NCBI GenBank assembly: GCA_049668345.1
Contig: JBATJF010000087.1
Span: 1-32,704, forward strand
Source: Gammaproteobacteria bacterium
GTDB lineage: Bacteria; Pseudomonadota; Gammaproteobacteria; UBA9214
Reading direction: 5' to 3'
DNA: 32,704 nt
The position numbers and the translations under genes are program-made. Positions within the stretch are counted from its first letter, which is position 1. Every line of letters starts with the position of its first letter. Below are positions 16,051 to 24,217 of the stretch, piece by piece. A model generated the notes under the pieces. The model was not told where the DNA came from, made no database searches, and worked only from the letters and a program-made list of their open reading frames with translations.

Positions 16051-17775
16051 CTAGCTGAGCGGCCAGACCGAGGACAGATACTTCCAGTTGATGAAGTAAT
16101 AGACGACGAAGGAAACCAGCAGCAGCATCGCCAGGGCAAAGGTGCCCGGGGCTTCAAAACCGGCCGAACCGTGCTCCTCAACCGGCTTCGCCATGGGCAG
16201 GATTTCCGGTACCGCCGAGTAGGTGCCCGACGACAGCGGGAAACCGAAGCTCTGCAGCAGACCGGCGGATTCATCCAGCTTCTTGCCGAACACAAGCGAT
16301 CCCACGGTGATGAGCAGAAAGGCGCCGCCGGCGACCACGGCCAGGACGGCGCCGATACCGGCGATGCCCATCATGGTGTAGGCCATGCCCGAGTACTCAA
16401 AGCTCAGCGCCGCTCCGGTGAAGTCCATATCCCAGTGACGTCGCGAGACCCCCAGCGTGCCCGCACCCAGCATGAACAGGATCAGGATCGTCATGCCGCC
16501 GCCGAACAGATAGGGCTGCCATTTGGCCAGCGTGGGCAGGATCATCTTGCGCCGGAACAGTACCGGAATAAGGTAGAAGGTCAGTCCCATGAAGGTCAGG
16601 GTGGTACCGACCGCCACGGTGGCGTGGAAGTGGGCGGGGACGTAGATCGTGTTGTGGATAATCAGGTTGATCTGCTCGGTTCCCATCACCACACCCGTGA
16701 TACCGCCGATAAATCCGAAAATGAGGATAGAGAGGAAGGTGGAGGAGAACGCCGGATTACCCCACGGTGCCTTGCGCAGCCATTCGAACATGCCGCGGGT
16801 ATAGCCCTTCTTGCGCAGGGCAATTTCCATGGAGCCGGGCACGGTCAGTCCATGGATCATGCTGGCCAGGACCGCCAGGTACATGGCGTAGCTGGTGTTG
16901 AATATCTTCCATTCAGCGCTGATGCCCGGGTCCACCAGGATGTGGTGGGCGCTGGCCAGCTGCAGGAACAAGATGTAGAGCAGGAAGGCGAAACGGCTCA
17001 CTTTTTCCGACATGGGGCGGGCGCCGAGCGTGAGTCCGGCCACCAGGTACCAGACCGATACATGCGCGGCGACGTTGATCTGCTGGGACGAATGGCCCAT
17101 CCCCCACCAGATGACGCGGTACATTTCCGCATCGATGTGCCCGATGTAGCCGATCGACCACAGGAAGGTCGGGATCAGGATGATGGCGCCGCTGGCAATG
17201 GTGAATACCGCGATAATGGCGGCGGTCATTGCCCCGAAGGTGACCAGCGGAATGGATCCCTCATAGGTGTGCTCGTCCTTCGCGACGACCAGTGTGCCGA
17301 AGAAGACGAAGCAGCCGATCAGGGCGCCCACTGCAAACAGGATCAGGCCCAGGTAAAAATGCGGTGCCGCCTGCATGGGAACATAGGACGTCATCATGAC
17401 ACTGGAATTGCCCTGGAAGACGGCGACGTTGGTCGTGACCGCGCCGATCAGCATCAGGGCGAACCCCAGCCAGGCCCAGCGCGGGGCGGCCAGCCGGCAC
17501 CGCAGCAGGGTCGATGACGCGAAATAGAGAATCGCGATTTCGAAGAAGATGATCCAGAAGATCAGCGCATCGATACCGTGGGCGGTCAGGAACATGTAGA
17601 ACTGGTCAGCAGGCAGCAGGTGCACCGCGGGCCAGCGTGTCAGTGCCACGCCGAGCGCCAGCAGGCCGGCCACCAGCAGGGCGACGGCGGCGGCCACCGC
17701 GTTGGCCTTCATCAGGCTTTCCGCGTTTCTGTCGAAATACAGGCCCGAGTCGGGACAGAGTCTAAAGTTTGCCAT
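16051..17775 (-). CDS. Heme-copper oxidase superfamily subunit I, B-family-like, with the cross-link Tyr replaced by Gln (candidate NO reductase catalytic subunit)
   Basis: 574 aa; AAGGAG sits 9 nt upstream of ATG 17775. Ligands are H66 (LTAHGIDA), H228 (WWGMGHSSQQ), H277-H278 (ASAHHILV) and H382/H384 (VPAHFHATV). The spacing nearly matches Thermus ba3 numbering. The residue at H228+4 is Gln232, not Tyr. Confidence 0.85.
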   Translation of the reverse strand: MANFRLCPDSGLYFDRNAESLMKANAVAAAVALLVAGLLALGVALTRWPAVHLLPADQFYMFLTAHGIDALIFWIIFFEIAILYFASSTLLRCRLAAPRWAWLGFALMLIGAVTTNVAVFQGNSSVMMTSYVPMQAAPHFYLGLILFAVGALIGCFVFFGTLVVAKDEHTYEGSIPLVTFGAMTAAIIAVFTIASGAIILIPTFLWSIGYIGHIDAEMYRVIWWGMGHSSQQINVAAHVSVWYLVAGLTLGARPMSEKVSRFAFLLYILFLQLASAHHILVDPGISAEWKIFNTSYAMYLAVLASMIHGLTVPGSMEIALRKKGYTRGMFEWLRKAPWGNPAFSSTFLSILIFGFIGGITGVVMGTEQINLIIHNTIYVPAHFHATVAVGTTLTFMGLTFYLIPVLFRRKMILPTLAKWQPYLFGGGMTILILFMLGAGTLGVSRRHWDMDFTGAALSFEYSGMAYTMMGIAGIGAVLAVVAGGAFLLITVGSLVFGKKLDESAGLLQSFGFPLSSGTYSAVPEILPMAKPVEEHGSAGFEAPGTFALAMLLLVSFVVYYFINWKYLSSVWPLS

Positions 17776-17781
17776 GTCTCA

Positions 17782-18324
17782 TCACTCCTTAACGTAGATT
17801 CTGCCGAGCATGGTATGGTGGCCAATGCCGCAGAATTCGTTACAGACCACGCCATACTCACCGGCGACATCGGGTGTAATGTTCAGCACCATTTCATAGC
17901 CAGGAACCACCTGCATATTGATGTTGACGGGCTGCAGCGAGAAGCCGTGCTGCCAGTCCATGGATGACAGGTGCAGGCGGTAGGTCTTGTCCTTTTCCAG
18001 TTCCAGGATCGGCCACCATTGCCACAAACGCCCCAGCATGTAGATGTCGCTGCCAGCCGGCGGATGCACAACCGGGATCTTCTGTTCGGTTTCGGTACGG
18101 ACGGTATACTGGTCGATCATGGCCTGGACCTTGGCGCCAAACGCAGCGGGCGTGGTTTGATAGGCCTCGGTAGACAGGTTCTGTTTCCCGTAGACGTGCC
18201 AGAACGGCATCATGAAAAACAGGATCAGGCACCATATCAGCGCGATGGCGATCCAGACGATCTCCTGGCGTCCAACGGGCACCTTCCACCAGATGCGATC
18301 GGCGGGCGGTAAATAGGAAGTCAT
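17782..18324 (-). CDS. HCO subunit II, single TM plus cupredoxin domain with a complete CuA site
   Basis: 180 aa; AGGAGG lies upstream of ATG 18324. The TM is IVWIAIALIWCLILFFMMPFW. The CuA signature H-X34-C-X-E-X-C-X3-H-X2-M is present exactly (DWQH...[34]...CNEFCGIGHHTM). Confidence 0.88.
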   Translation of the reverse strand: MTSYLPPADRIWWKVPVGRQEIVWIAIALIWCLILFFMMPFWHVYGKQNLSTEAYQTTPAAFGAKVQAMIDQYTVRTETEQKIPVVHPPAGSDIYMLGRLWQWWPILELEKDKTYRLHLSSMDWQHGFSLQPVNINMQVVPGYEMVLNITPDVAGEYGVVCNEFCGIGHHTMLGRIYVKE

Positions 18325-18348
18325 GGCCGGTTTTCCTCCTGGGCGTCG

Positions 18349-18516
18349 TTATTGGGCAACGGGTAAGGTGGCGATTTCCATAATGCCCCAGACGATGTAG
18401 AACACCGTGGGCATAGCGACACCGATGAACAGCAGCAGGAACGGGTTCTCCAGCAGTGATTGCATCGCCGGGATGCGTTCTTCTTCTTCGCGGGGTTTAT
18501 TACCTTGATTAGCCAT
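18349..18516 (-). CDS. Small single-TM protein, first gene of the HCO operon (analogous in position to ba3 subunit IIa)
   Basis: AAGGAGAG sits 5 nt before ATG 18516, which is internal to ORF 18349-18552. It reads MANQGNKPREEEERIPAMQSLLENPFLLLFIGVAMPTVFYIVWGIMEI. Confidence 0.6.
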   Translation of the reverse strand: MANQGNKPREEEERIPAMQSLLENPFLLLFIGVAMPTVFYIVWGIMEIATLPVAQ

Positions 18517-18607
18517 GGAACTCTCCTTTGAGGAACGCCGTTTGACGGGCAATCATTTGGTATGTGACCAATTGTCGCAATCATCGTGAATGCGCGCTGA
18601 ATACTCC

Positions 18608-18621
18608 TTGATATATGTCAA
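18608..18621. promoter_or_regulatory. FNR/DNR-type box TTGATATATGTCAA upstream of the HCO operon
   Basis: 9/10 match to TTGAT-N4-ATCAA. Its centre is 98 nt upstream of ATG 18516. A GATGAT -10-like hexamer (18585-18580, minus strand) lies about 32 nt downstream of the box centre, which fits a class II (-41.5) arrangement. Confidence 0.65.
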
Positions 18622-19312
18622 GACGCTATTCAAGCAGAACAGGCCTTGCGCTGACACGAGCATTGTTCAGCACCGGCAATGTCGCTGGGCCAGCAGACCG
18701 GGTTGGCCGGGCCTGTGTTTCCTGCCTTAGCGGTTCAGGCAGCCTGCGCCGGTTGTGGAGGTGTTACATACGTTCCGATCCACGTGCCACGGGTGCAGTA
18801 TGCTATCAGCGAGCTGGGCTGTGCCTGCCAGCCGCCGGATTCGTCCGCCGGGGCGCGTCGCAGTTCCGGGCCGGTGGATCGGGCAGGGTCGGGATGTATC
18901 CGCTTTACCGCGCGCCGTTAACGGGGGCGGGCCATGTGTGCTGGTGTCGGGTTTTACTGTGCGCGTTGAGCAATCGGCATTTGGCACAAAGCGGCCGGTA
19001 TTACTCGCGGCAGTCACTGTACGACAAGACCTGGCTCCCTGCAGGCAATTGAGATTCGGGGTAGCAAGCAACAGGAAAAAAATTATCTCTGGAATTGTAA
19101 ACGCCCGGATTATCAGCGCTAAGCTGTACACGGTATGCGGCTGGCCGCACCCGGGGCGAAACAGGCCGGGCAGCGTGGCTGCATGAGCCGGATACCTACC
19201 GGCATGCTTCCGGTCGCCGGTCGCGACAAACAGCAATCAGGAACTATCCGCTGGCTTATTTATCCAATCTGCTCGATACCGGCCGGGGTAGACGATACGG
19301 GAGTATGGCGTC

Positions 19313-20266
19313 ATGAATTTGTCAGTAAAGGAAAACATCTATCTGCAGCGTGAACAGCTTGCGCGCATGCTGCATGAGCCGCTTGCGCAGCTGGCCGGCC
19401 ACTGCGCACCGGCCTGGGGCGATCGCCAGAAACTCAATGCCGTGCTGCTGAAGGGCTTCCCCAGCATCCCGCATTGCAGCTATCTTTACTGTGTCGGCCC
19501 GGATGGTGTGCAGATTTCAGACAATATTGGCGAGCACGGCGTGGCAGCCGGGTATTTCGGGCGCGACCGCTCCCAGCGACCCTACATGAAGGAGTCGGTG
19601 CCGATCTGGGGATTCCTGCTCTCGGATGCCTACATCAGTCTTTCCGAGCACCGGCCCTCGCTCACGGCCCTGGGGGTCGTGCGCGACGGTTCCGGTACCC
19701 TCGGCTACGTAGGGGCCGATTTCGACCTGCGCAACCTGCCGGCGACATCGAAGCTCTACGAGGAATCCGCGATCTGGCGACAGATCAAGGGTGATCCGGC
19801 CATTCGCGGGGTGGTGTTTCAGCAGCAGCGCATCGAGAGTCCGATGGATCGGCATCTCGAACAGGCGCTGTCCATCCTCGAGGAATTGCTGACCCTGCGC
19901 GGCGTATTCCAGTGCCAGATCCATTTCTCCAGCAGCCAGGCCACCATCTGGACGATCGACGACCCGTTCCGTTACCGCATTCTCGATCACGAAATGCTGA
20001 GCGACCCGGATATCTGCCTTGTATACCCGCCGTGCGACTATCCCGCCGCTGCCGCCACTCCGCAGGACGCCGTCGCGCGCGTCCTGGAGATGCTTCACCC
20101 ACTGCGCATGACCGATGAGAACCTCTACTTGCGCATGTTCTCGATCAACATCTTCAACGGCATGATCAGCCTGACGTTCTCCTGCGACGGTTCGCACTAT
20201 ATGCGCTATGACGAATTCCTCGCCAAGAACACCGCGTTCTGGTTCGGGGCCGCCGCCTGCGCCTGA
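19313..20266 (+). CDS. Hypothetical cytoplasmic protein with an N-terminal Cache/PDC-like sensor-fold signature
   Basis: 317 aa with no TM or signal peptide. The segment GRDRSQRPYMKESVPIWGFLLSDAYISLSEHRPSLTALGVVRDGSGTLGYVGADFDLRNL resembles the Cache/PDC core (R.yf..., s.py.s..t....it...pv....g.lGv.g.D..l..l). The C-terminal ~140 aa are unassigned. Confidence 0.6.
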   Translation: MNLSVKENIYLQREQLARMLHEPLAQLAGHCAPAWGDRQKLNAVLLKGFPSIPHCSYLYCVGPDGVQISDNIGEHGVAAGYFGRDRSQRPYMKESVPIWGFLLSDAYISLSEHRPSLTALGVVRDGSGTLGYVGADFDLRNLPATSKLYEESAIWRQIKGDPAIRGVVFQQQRIESPMDRHLEQALSILEELLTLRGVFQCQIHFSSSQATIWTIDDPFRYRILDHEMLSDPDICLVYPPCDYPAAAATPQDAVARVLEMLHPLRMTDENLYLRMFSINIFNGMISLTFSCDGSHYMRYDEFLAKNTAFWFGAAACA

Positions 20267-20285
20267 CAGCGATCAGGTAGCAGGT

Positions 20286-20310
20286 CGCGTCTGCCTACAC
20301 AGGCAGCGCG
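20286..20310. terminator. Weak hairpin between the convergent genes 19313-20266 and nirN
   Basis: CGCG(T)CTGCCT-ACAC-AGGCAGCGCG forms 10 bp with one bulged T. There is no U-tract on either strand. Confidence 0.25.
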
Positions 20311-20319
20311 TAACCGGTG

Positions 20320-21900
20320 TCAGTGGCTGGTGCCTTCGGAACGCGTGATCTTGTTGAAGACATTGTACTTGCCGACCGGTTTTTTCATCGGGATGCGCTT
20401 GACCTCTTCCAGTGAAGCGGCATCGTAGACGACGATGGCGCCGTCCATCTCCTGGATGCTCAGCAGCGCGTACTTACCGTCACGGGTGAATTCGACATGG
20501 GCCGCGGTCATGCCGGGCTCGGGTCGCAGGGTTTTGACAATTTCCAGCGTCTGCTTGTCGATGATGTGCACGGCGTCCCTGTTCGGCCCGAAAAACACGT
20601 CGACCCAGGCATAAGGCGTTTTTTCGTGACTGCGCATGAAAAAGCCCGGGCCGAGCGTTTTGATCTTCACCACCGTCTTCCAGTCTTTCATGTCGATGAC
20701 AGTCACCACGCCTTCTTTCAGGTTCGGCGTGGCGAGCACGGTCGTGTCACCATAGGGCCAGGTGATGCCCGAGCCCAGGTGCGGCATGCCGGTCAGCTCC
20801 ACGTCGGCGATCTTGCGCCCGACGATCAGGTTCACTACCTGGCCATTGTTGCTGTTGCGCGCGGCGCCGATCAGGTGCTCGTAGGACGCGTCGAAGAAAA
20901 AGTCATCCAGGTAGTCATCCAGCCTGATACGCCGCACCGGGAAGCGGCCGGTATCGGCCAGACCCTCACCCATCCGGTAATCGTGCACCATACCGCGGTA
21001 TACCGGCTCGGGGTTGCGGGCATAGCTGATCTCCCAGACTTCCCTGAGATCCTTCAACGCCACGATGAAGCTCTCGCGCGGTGGCGCGGTGTAGACGGCG
21101 CTGACCCGCGAGACCTGGCCGGAATCGTCCTGCACCGGGATCACCCTGACCAGGCTGAGGTCACGGGCATCCAGCACGACCAGCGTGTGCGGCAGGTAGT
21201 TGCCGACCATCACGAAACGGTCATCGGCGGATACCGCGGCGTTGCGCGTGTTGATGCCGGCGCGTATCTCGGCGATGGTCTCCAGCCGGTACATGTCGAA
21301 CTTGCTGATCCAGCCGTCGCGCGAGGCGAAATACACATAGCGCCCGGTGGATGAGTACTTGGGCCCGCCATGCAGCGCGAATCGTGACCTGAAGCGGTGA
21401 ATCGGTTCCAGCCTGTCGCCGTCCAGTACCGTGACATGGTGATCGCCGGCCTCGACCACCAGGAACAGGTTGAGCGGATCGGCGCTGTAGACCGGCTTGA
21501 GTTCCGCGGCGCCTGCCTCCAGCAACGCCGGCTTGTGAATGACATGGCTGGCGCGGATCTCGGTCTCGCCCCAGACGGGTAGCTGTGCGGGGGCCGTGTA
21601 GATGTAGGTGACCAGGGCGTCGATCTCTGCCGCATCGAGCCTGTCGCTGAAGGCCGGCATCTGCGTGGCCGGCAGGCCGCCGCTTATGACCGTGGCCGCG
21701 TTGTCCTTGCGCAGGCGTTGCAGGTTGTCGGGCAGCAGTGCCGGTCCCGTGCCGCCGAGGCGATCGGCGCCATGGCAGCCGGCACAGTGTTCCAGGTAGA
21801 GCGCCGTGGTGTCCGGTTCGGCAGCGATGGCATGATTGAGGATACCGACGCTTAAAGCTGTAATGAGCGCGTTCAGGTATGCCGTTAGTGCATGTTTCAT
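20320..21900 (-). CDS. nirN: NirN, cytochrome cd1-like c-heme/beta-propeller protein (dihydro-heme d1 dehydrogenase)
   Basis: 526 aa with a signal peptide and a single CxxCH (EHCAGCHGADRLGG). The long d1-type beta-propeller region is paralogous to NirS and NirF in this window. It sits at the end of the nir operon. Confidence 0.85.
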   Translation of the reverse strand: MKHALTAYLNALITALSVGILNHAIAAEPDTTALYLEHCAGCHGADRLGGTGPALLPDNLQRLRKDNAATVISGGLPATQMPAFSDRLDAAEIDALVTYIYTAPAQLPVWGETEIRASHVIHKPALLEAGAAELKPVYSADPLNLFLVVEAGDHHVTVLDGDRLEPIHRFRSRFALHGGPKYSSTGRYVYFASRDGWISKFDMYRLETIAEIRAGINTRNAAVSADDRFVMVGNYLPHTLVVLDARDLSLVRVIPVQDDSGQVSRVSAVYTAPPRESFIVALKDLREVWEISYARNPEPVYRGMVHDYRMGEGLADTGRFPVRRIRLDDYLDDFFFDASYEHLIGAARNSNNGQVVNLIVGRKIADVELTGMPHLGSGITWPYGDTTVLATPNLKEGVVTVIDMKDWKTVVKIKTLGPGFFMRSHEKTPYAWVDVFFGPNRDAVHIIDKQTLEIVKTLRPEPGMTAAHVEFTRDGKYALLSIQEMDGAIVVYDAASLEEVKRIPMKKPVGKYNVFNKITRSEGTSH

Positions 21901-21932
21901 AAATTATCCGGCAGACGTATGGGTAATAGATC

Positions 21933-22030
21933 GGTGCGCAAAGCGCACCCTACATGAACTGCGCAGGTGTGTTACTGGTGCGCAGAGCGCACCCTACATC
22001 CCGATTTAATTTCGCAGGGTGCGCTCTGCG
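21933..22030. repeat. Cluster of three REP-like palindromic elements (two direct, one inverted) between nirJ and nirN
   Basis: GGTGCGCAAAGCGCACCCTACAT (21933-21955) and GGTGCGCAGAGCGCACCCTACAT (21977-21999) are direct copies. AGGGTGCGCTCTGCG (22016-22030) is an inverted partial copy. Each unit is itself a hairpin (GGTGCGC/GCGCACC). Copies 2 and 3 can pair over 15 bp. Confidence 0.8.
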
Positions 22031-22041
22031 GGCCGTCATGT

Positions 22042-23259
22042 TCAGCTCGCACGCCGGATAGTGCGCACCTGCAATGGCAGCGGCTCCGGCTGCGCGTCGG
22101 CGTAGTCCGCCGGGTCGATGTCCAGTTCCCGGTCATCGAGGTAGCAGGCCGGGTCTTCCCACCACGGGTCGCCGGTCATCTGGAAGGCGCGCACGCGGGT
22201 GTTGCCGCCACACACCGTCCGGTATCCGCACACACCGCAACGTCCGCGCAAGGGCCGCGGTGAGGCCTTGAGGCCCGCCATCAGCGGATCGCGGGTGTCG
22301 ACCCAGATATCGGAGAACGGCCGTTCCCTGACATTGCCCAGGTTGTAGTTCCACCAGAAGGTGTCCGGGTGCACGTTGCCCAGATTGTCGATATTGGCGA
22401 TGTTGACGCCGGAGGAATTGCCGCCCCAGTTCACCAGCCGTTCGTGCAGCTCGGCATGCCGTTCCGGCAGGTGGCGCGCCACCCAGTGCAGCAGGTAGAC
22501 CGCATCGGCGTCGTTGTTGCCGGTGACGAATTCGCGCTTGCCGCCGGCCTGCACATCGGTCCAGCAGGCGTCGAACAGCTGGTCCATGACCTGCCGGGTG
22601 GTGCTGTGGATGACATCGGAGGCGCGATGCCGGTTGCCGCGGCCGCCGTAGTTCAGGTGTGACACGTACAGCTTGTCGACGCCTTCCGCGTCCATCAGCT
22701 GCAGGATGTCCGGCAGTTCCTGGGCGGTGTCCTGCGTCGGGGTGAAACGCATGCCGACCTTGATGCCGGCGTCGCGGCACAGGCGGATGGCGGCCAGCGA
22801 GGCGTCGAACGCCCCCTGTTTCTGCCGGAAGCGGTCGTGCGTGGCGCGCATGCCATCGAGGCTGATGCCGACATAGTCGTAGCCGATGGACGCGATGCGT
22901 TCGATGTTGTCCGCGTCGATCAGCGTGCCGTTGCTGGACAGGCCGACGTAGAAGCCCATGGCCCTGGCGCGCGCCGAGATGTCGAAGATATCCGGGCGCA
23001 GCAGCGGTTCGCCGCCCGACAGGATCAGCACCGGCACACCGAAGCGCTTCAGGTCGTCCATCACCGAGTAAATCTCGGTCGTCGACAATTCACCGGGGAA
23101 ATCAATATCCGCGGAAATCGAATAGCAATGCTTGCAGGTCAGGTTGCAGCGCCGGATCAGGTTCCAGATCACCACCGGGCCGGACGGCCGGCGCGCCGCC
23201 GGGATGGTGTCGGGCGGCGGTTGCGACAGCAGTTGCATGTAATGCGAGATGCGGAACAT
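22042..23259 (-). CDS. nirJ: NirJ, radical SAM enzyme of heme d1 biosynthesis
   Basis: 405 aa with the radical SAM motif CNLTCKHCY near the N-terminus. A C-terminal Cys-rich SPASM-like region is present (CGVCGYRTVCGG). It follows nirH directly. Confidence 0.88.
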   Translation of the reverse strand: MFRISHYMQLLSQPPPDTIPAARRPSGPVVIWNLIRRCNLTCKHCYSISADIDFPGELSTTEIYSVMDDLKRFGVPVLILSGGEPLLRPDIFDISARARAMGFYVGLSSNGTLIDADNIERIASIGYDYVGISLDGMRATHDRFRQKQGAFDASLAAIRLCRDAGIKVGMRFTPTQDTAQELPDILQLMDAEGVDKLYVSHLNYGGRGNRHRASDVIHSTTRQVMDQLFDACWTDVQAGGKREFVTGNNDADAVYLLHWVARHLPERHAELHERLVNWGGNSSGVNIANIDNLGNVHPDTFWWNYNLGNVRERPFSDIWVDTRDPLMAGLKASPRPLRGRCGVCGYRTVCGGNTRVRAFQMTGDPWWEDPACYLDDRELDIDPADYADAQPEPLPLQVRTIRRAS

Positions 23260-23260
23260 A

Positions 23261-23770
23261 TCAGCCTCCCAGCCGCAGGCCGGTTTTTTTCAGGATACGG
23301 CTGCTGAACAGGATATCATGGCCGCGCTGCCGTGCACCGAGCAGGCCGGCGATCCGCTCCACCAGCGCGGCCACCTCGGGCCGGCTGTGGCCATGCACCA
23401 TGGCGAACAGGTTGTAGGGCCAGTCCGGCAGCACCCGCGGGCGGTGGTAGCAATGACTGACGAAATCGAGCCTGCCGACTTCCGCGCCGACAGCGCCGAT
23501 TAACTCGTCCGGGATGTCCCACACCGTCATACCGTTCGCCGTGTAGCCCAGGCGGTAATGGTTGGGTACGGCGCCGATGCGGCGGATACGGCCATCGGCC
23601 AGCATGGCGTTGAGGCGCTCCATCACCCGTTCGGGCGTGACGCCGAGTTCGGCCGCGAGCCAGTGATAGGGGCGGGAGTCCAGCGGCAATCCGGTCTGCG
23701 TGGCCAGCACCAGGCGCCGGTCCAGATCCGGCAGTGACTCTGTCGCGCATGCTGCCTTTCCGGTCGTCAT
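23261..23770 (-). CDS. nirH: NirH, AsnC/Lrp-like siroheme decarboxylase subunit
   Basis: 169 aa. It is a paralogue of the NirD/L/G repeats (LDRRLVLATQTGLPLDSRPY...RRIGAVPNHYRLGY...NLFAMVHG). Confidence 0.8.
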   Translation of the reverse strand: MTTGKAACATESLPDLDRRLVLATQTGLPLDSRPYHWLAAELGVTPERVMERLNAMLADGRIRRIGAVPNHYRLGYTANGMTVWDIPDELIGAVGAEVGRLDFVSHCYHRPRVLPDWPYNLFAMVHGHSRPEVAALVERIAGLLGARQRGHDILFSSRILKKTGLRLGG

Positions 23771-23773
23771 GCA

Positions 23774-24217
23774 CTAAACCTCGAAATGCAGGCCGACATA
23801 GAACTCCTCCAGCTTCGGCAGGTTCAGTACCGCCAGTCCGGTGGCCTGTTCGATACGCGCGATGGCCGACTGCAACGCCGCGGGTGTTTCCGTGGCCAGC
23901 ACGAACCACATGTTCATGTGATGATCGCGCCGGTAGTTGTGCGCGACCTCGGGAAAGGCATTCACCGTTTTCGTCACGGCCTCGAAGCGCTCCTGCGGGA
24001 CGTGCATTGCGCACAGGCTGAGTGCGCCACCCAGGTGTTCGGCATGAAACAGCGGGCCGAAGCGCGTCAGCAGGCCGTCATCCAGCATGCAACCGATGCG
24101 CGTGATCAGCTCGCTCTCCGTGCTGCCGAGCCGTTCGGCAACCTCGAGGAAGGGCTGCTCGCAGACCGGGAAACCGCCCTGCAGTTCGTTGATGATGCGG
24201 CGGTCCAGCGCGTCCAT
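23774..24217 (-). CDS. nirG: NirG, AsnC/Lrp-like siroheme decarboxylase subunit
   Basis: ATG 24217 overlaps the nirDL stop (TGATG). It reads MDALDRRIINELQGGFPVCEQPF...FPEVAHNYRRDHHMNMWFVLA. The longer ORF-track version (to 24427) overlaps nirDL. Confidence 0.8.
   Translation of the reverse strand: MDALDRRIINELQGGFPVCEQPFLEVAERLGSTESELITRIGCMLDDGLLTRFGPLFHAEHLGGALSLCAMHVPQERFEAVTKTVNAFPEVAHNYRRDHHMNMWFVLATETPAALQSAIARIEQATGLAVLNLPKLEEFYVGLHFEV

Noticed and set aside
16012-17517. 501-aa plus-strand ORF opposite the HCO subunit I gene
   Set aside because: The composition (H/D/G/R/Q-rich, no hydrophobic core) is typical of an antisense frame in GC-rich DNA. The minus strand encodes a complete HCO subunit I with all ligand motifs.
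18982-18997. Sigma54-like TGGCAC motif in the long spacer
   Set aside because: The required -12 element (TTGCW, 5 nt downstream) is absent; the sequence reads TGGCAC-AAAGC-GGCCG. No NorR/NtrC-type activator gene is present in the window.
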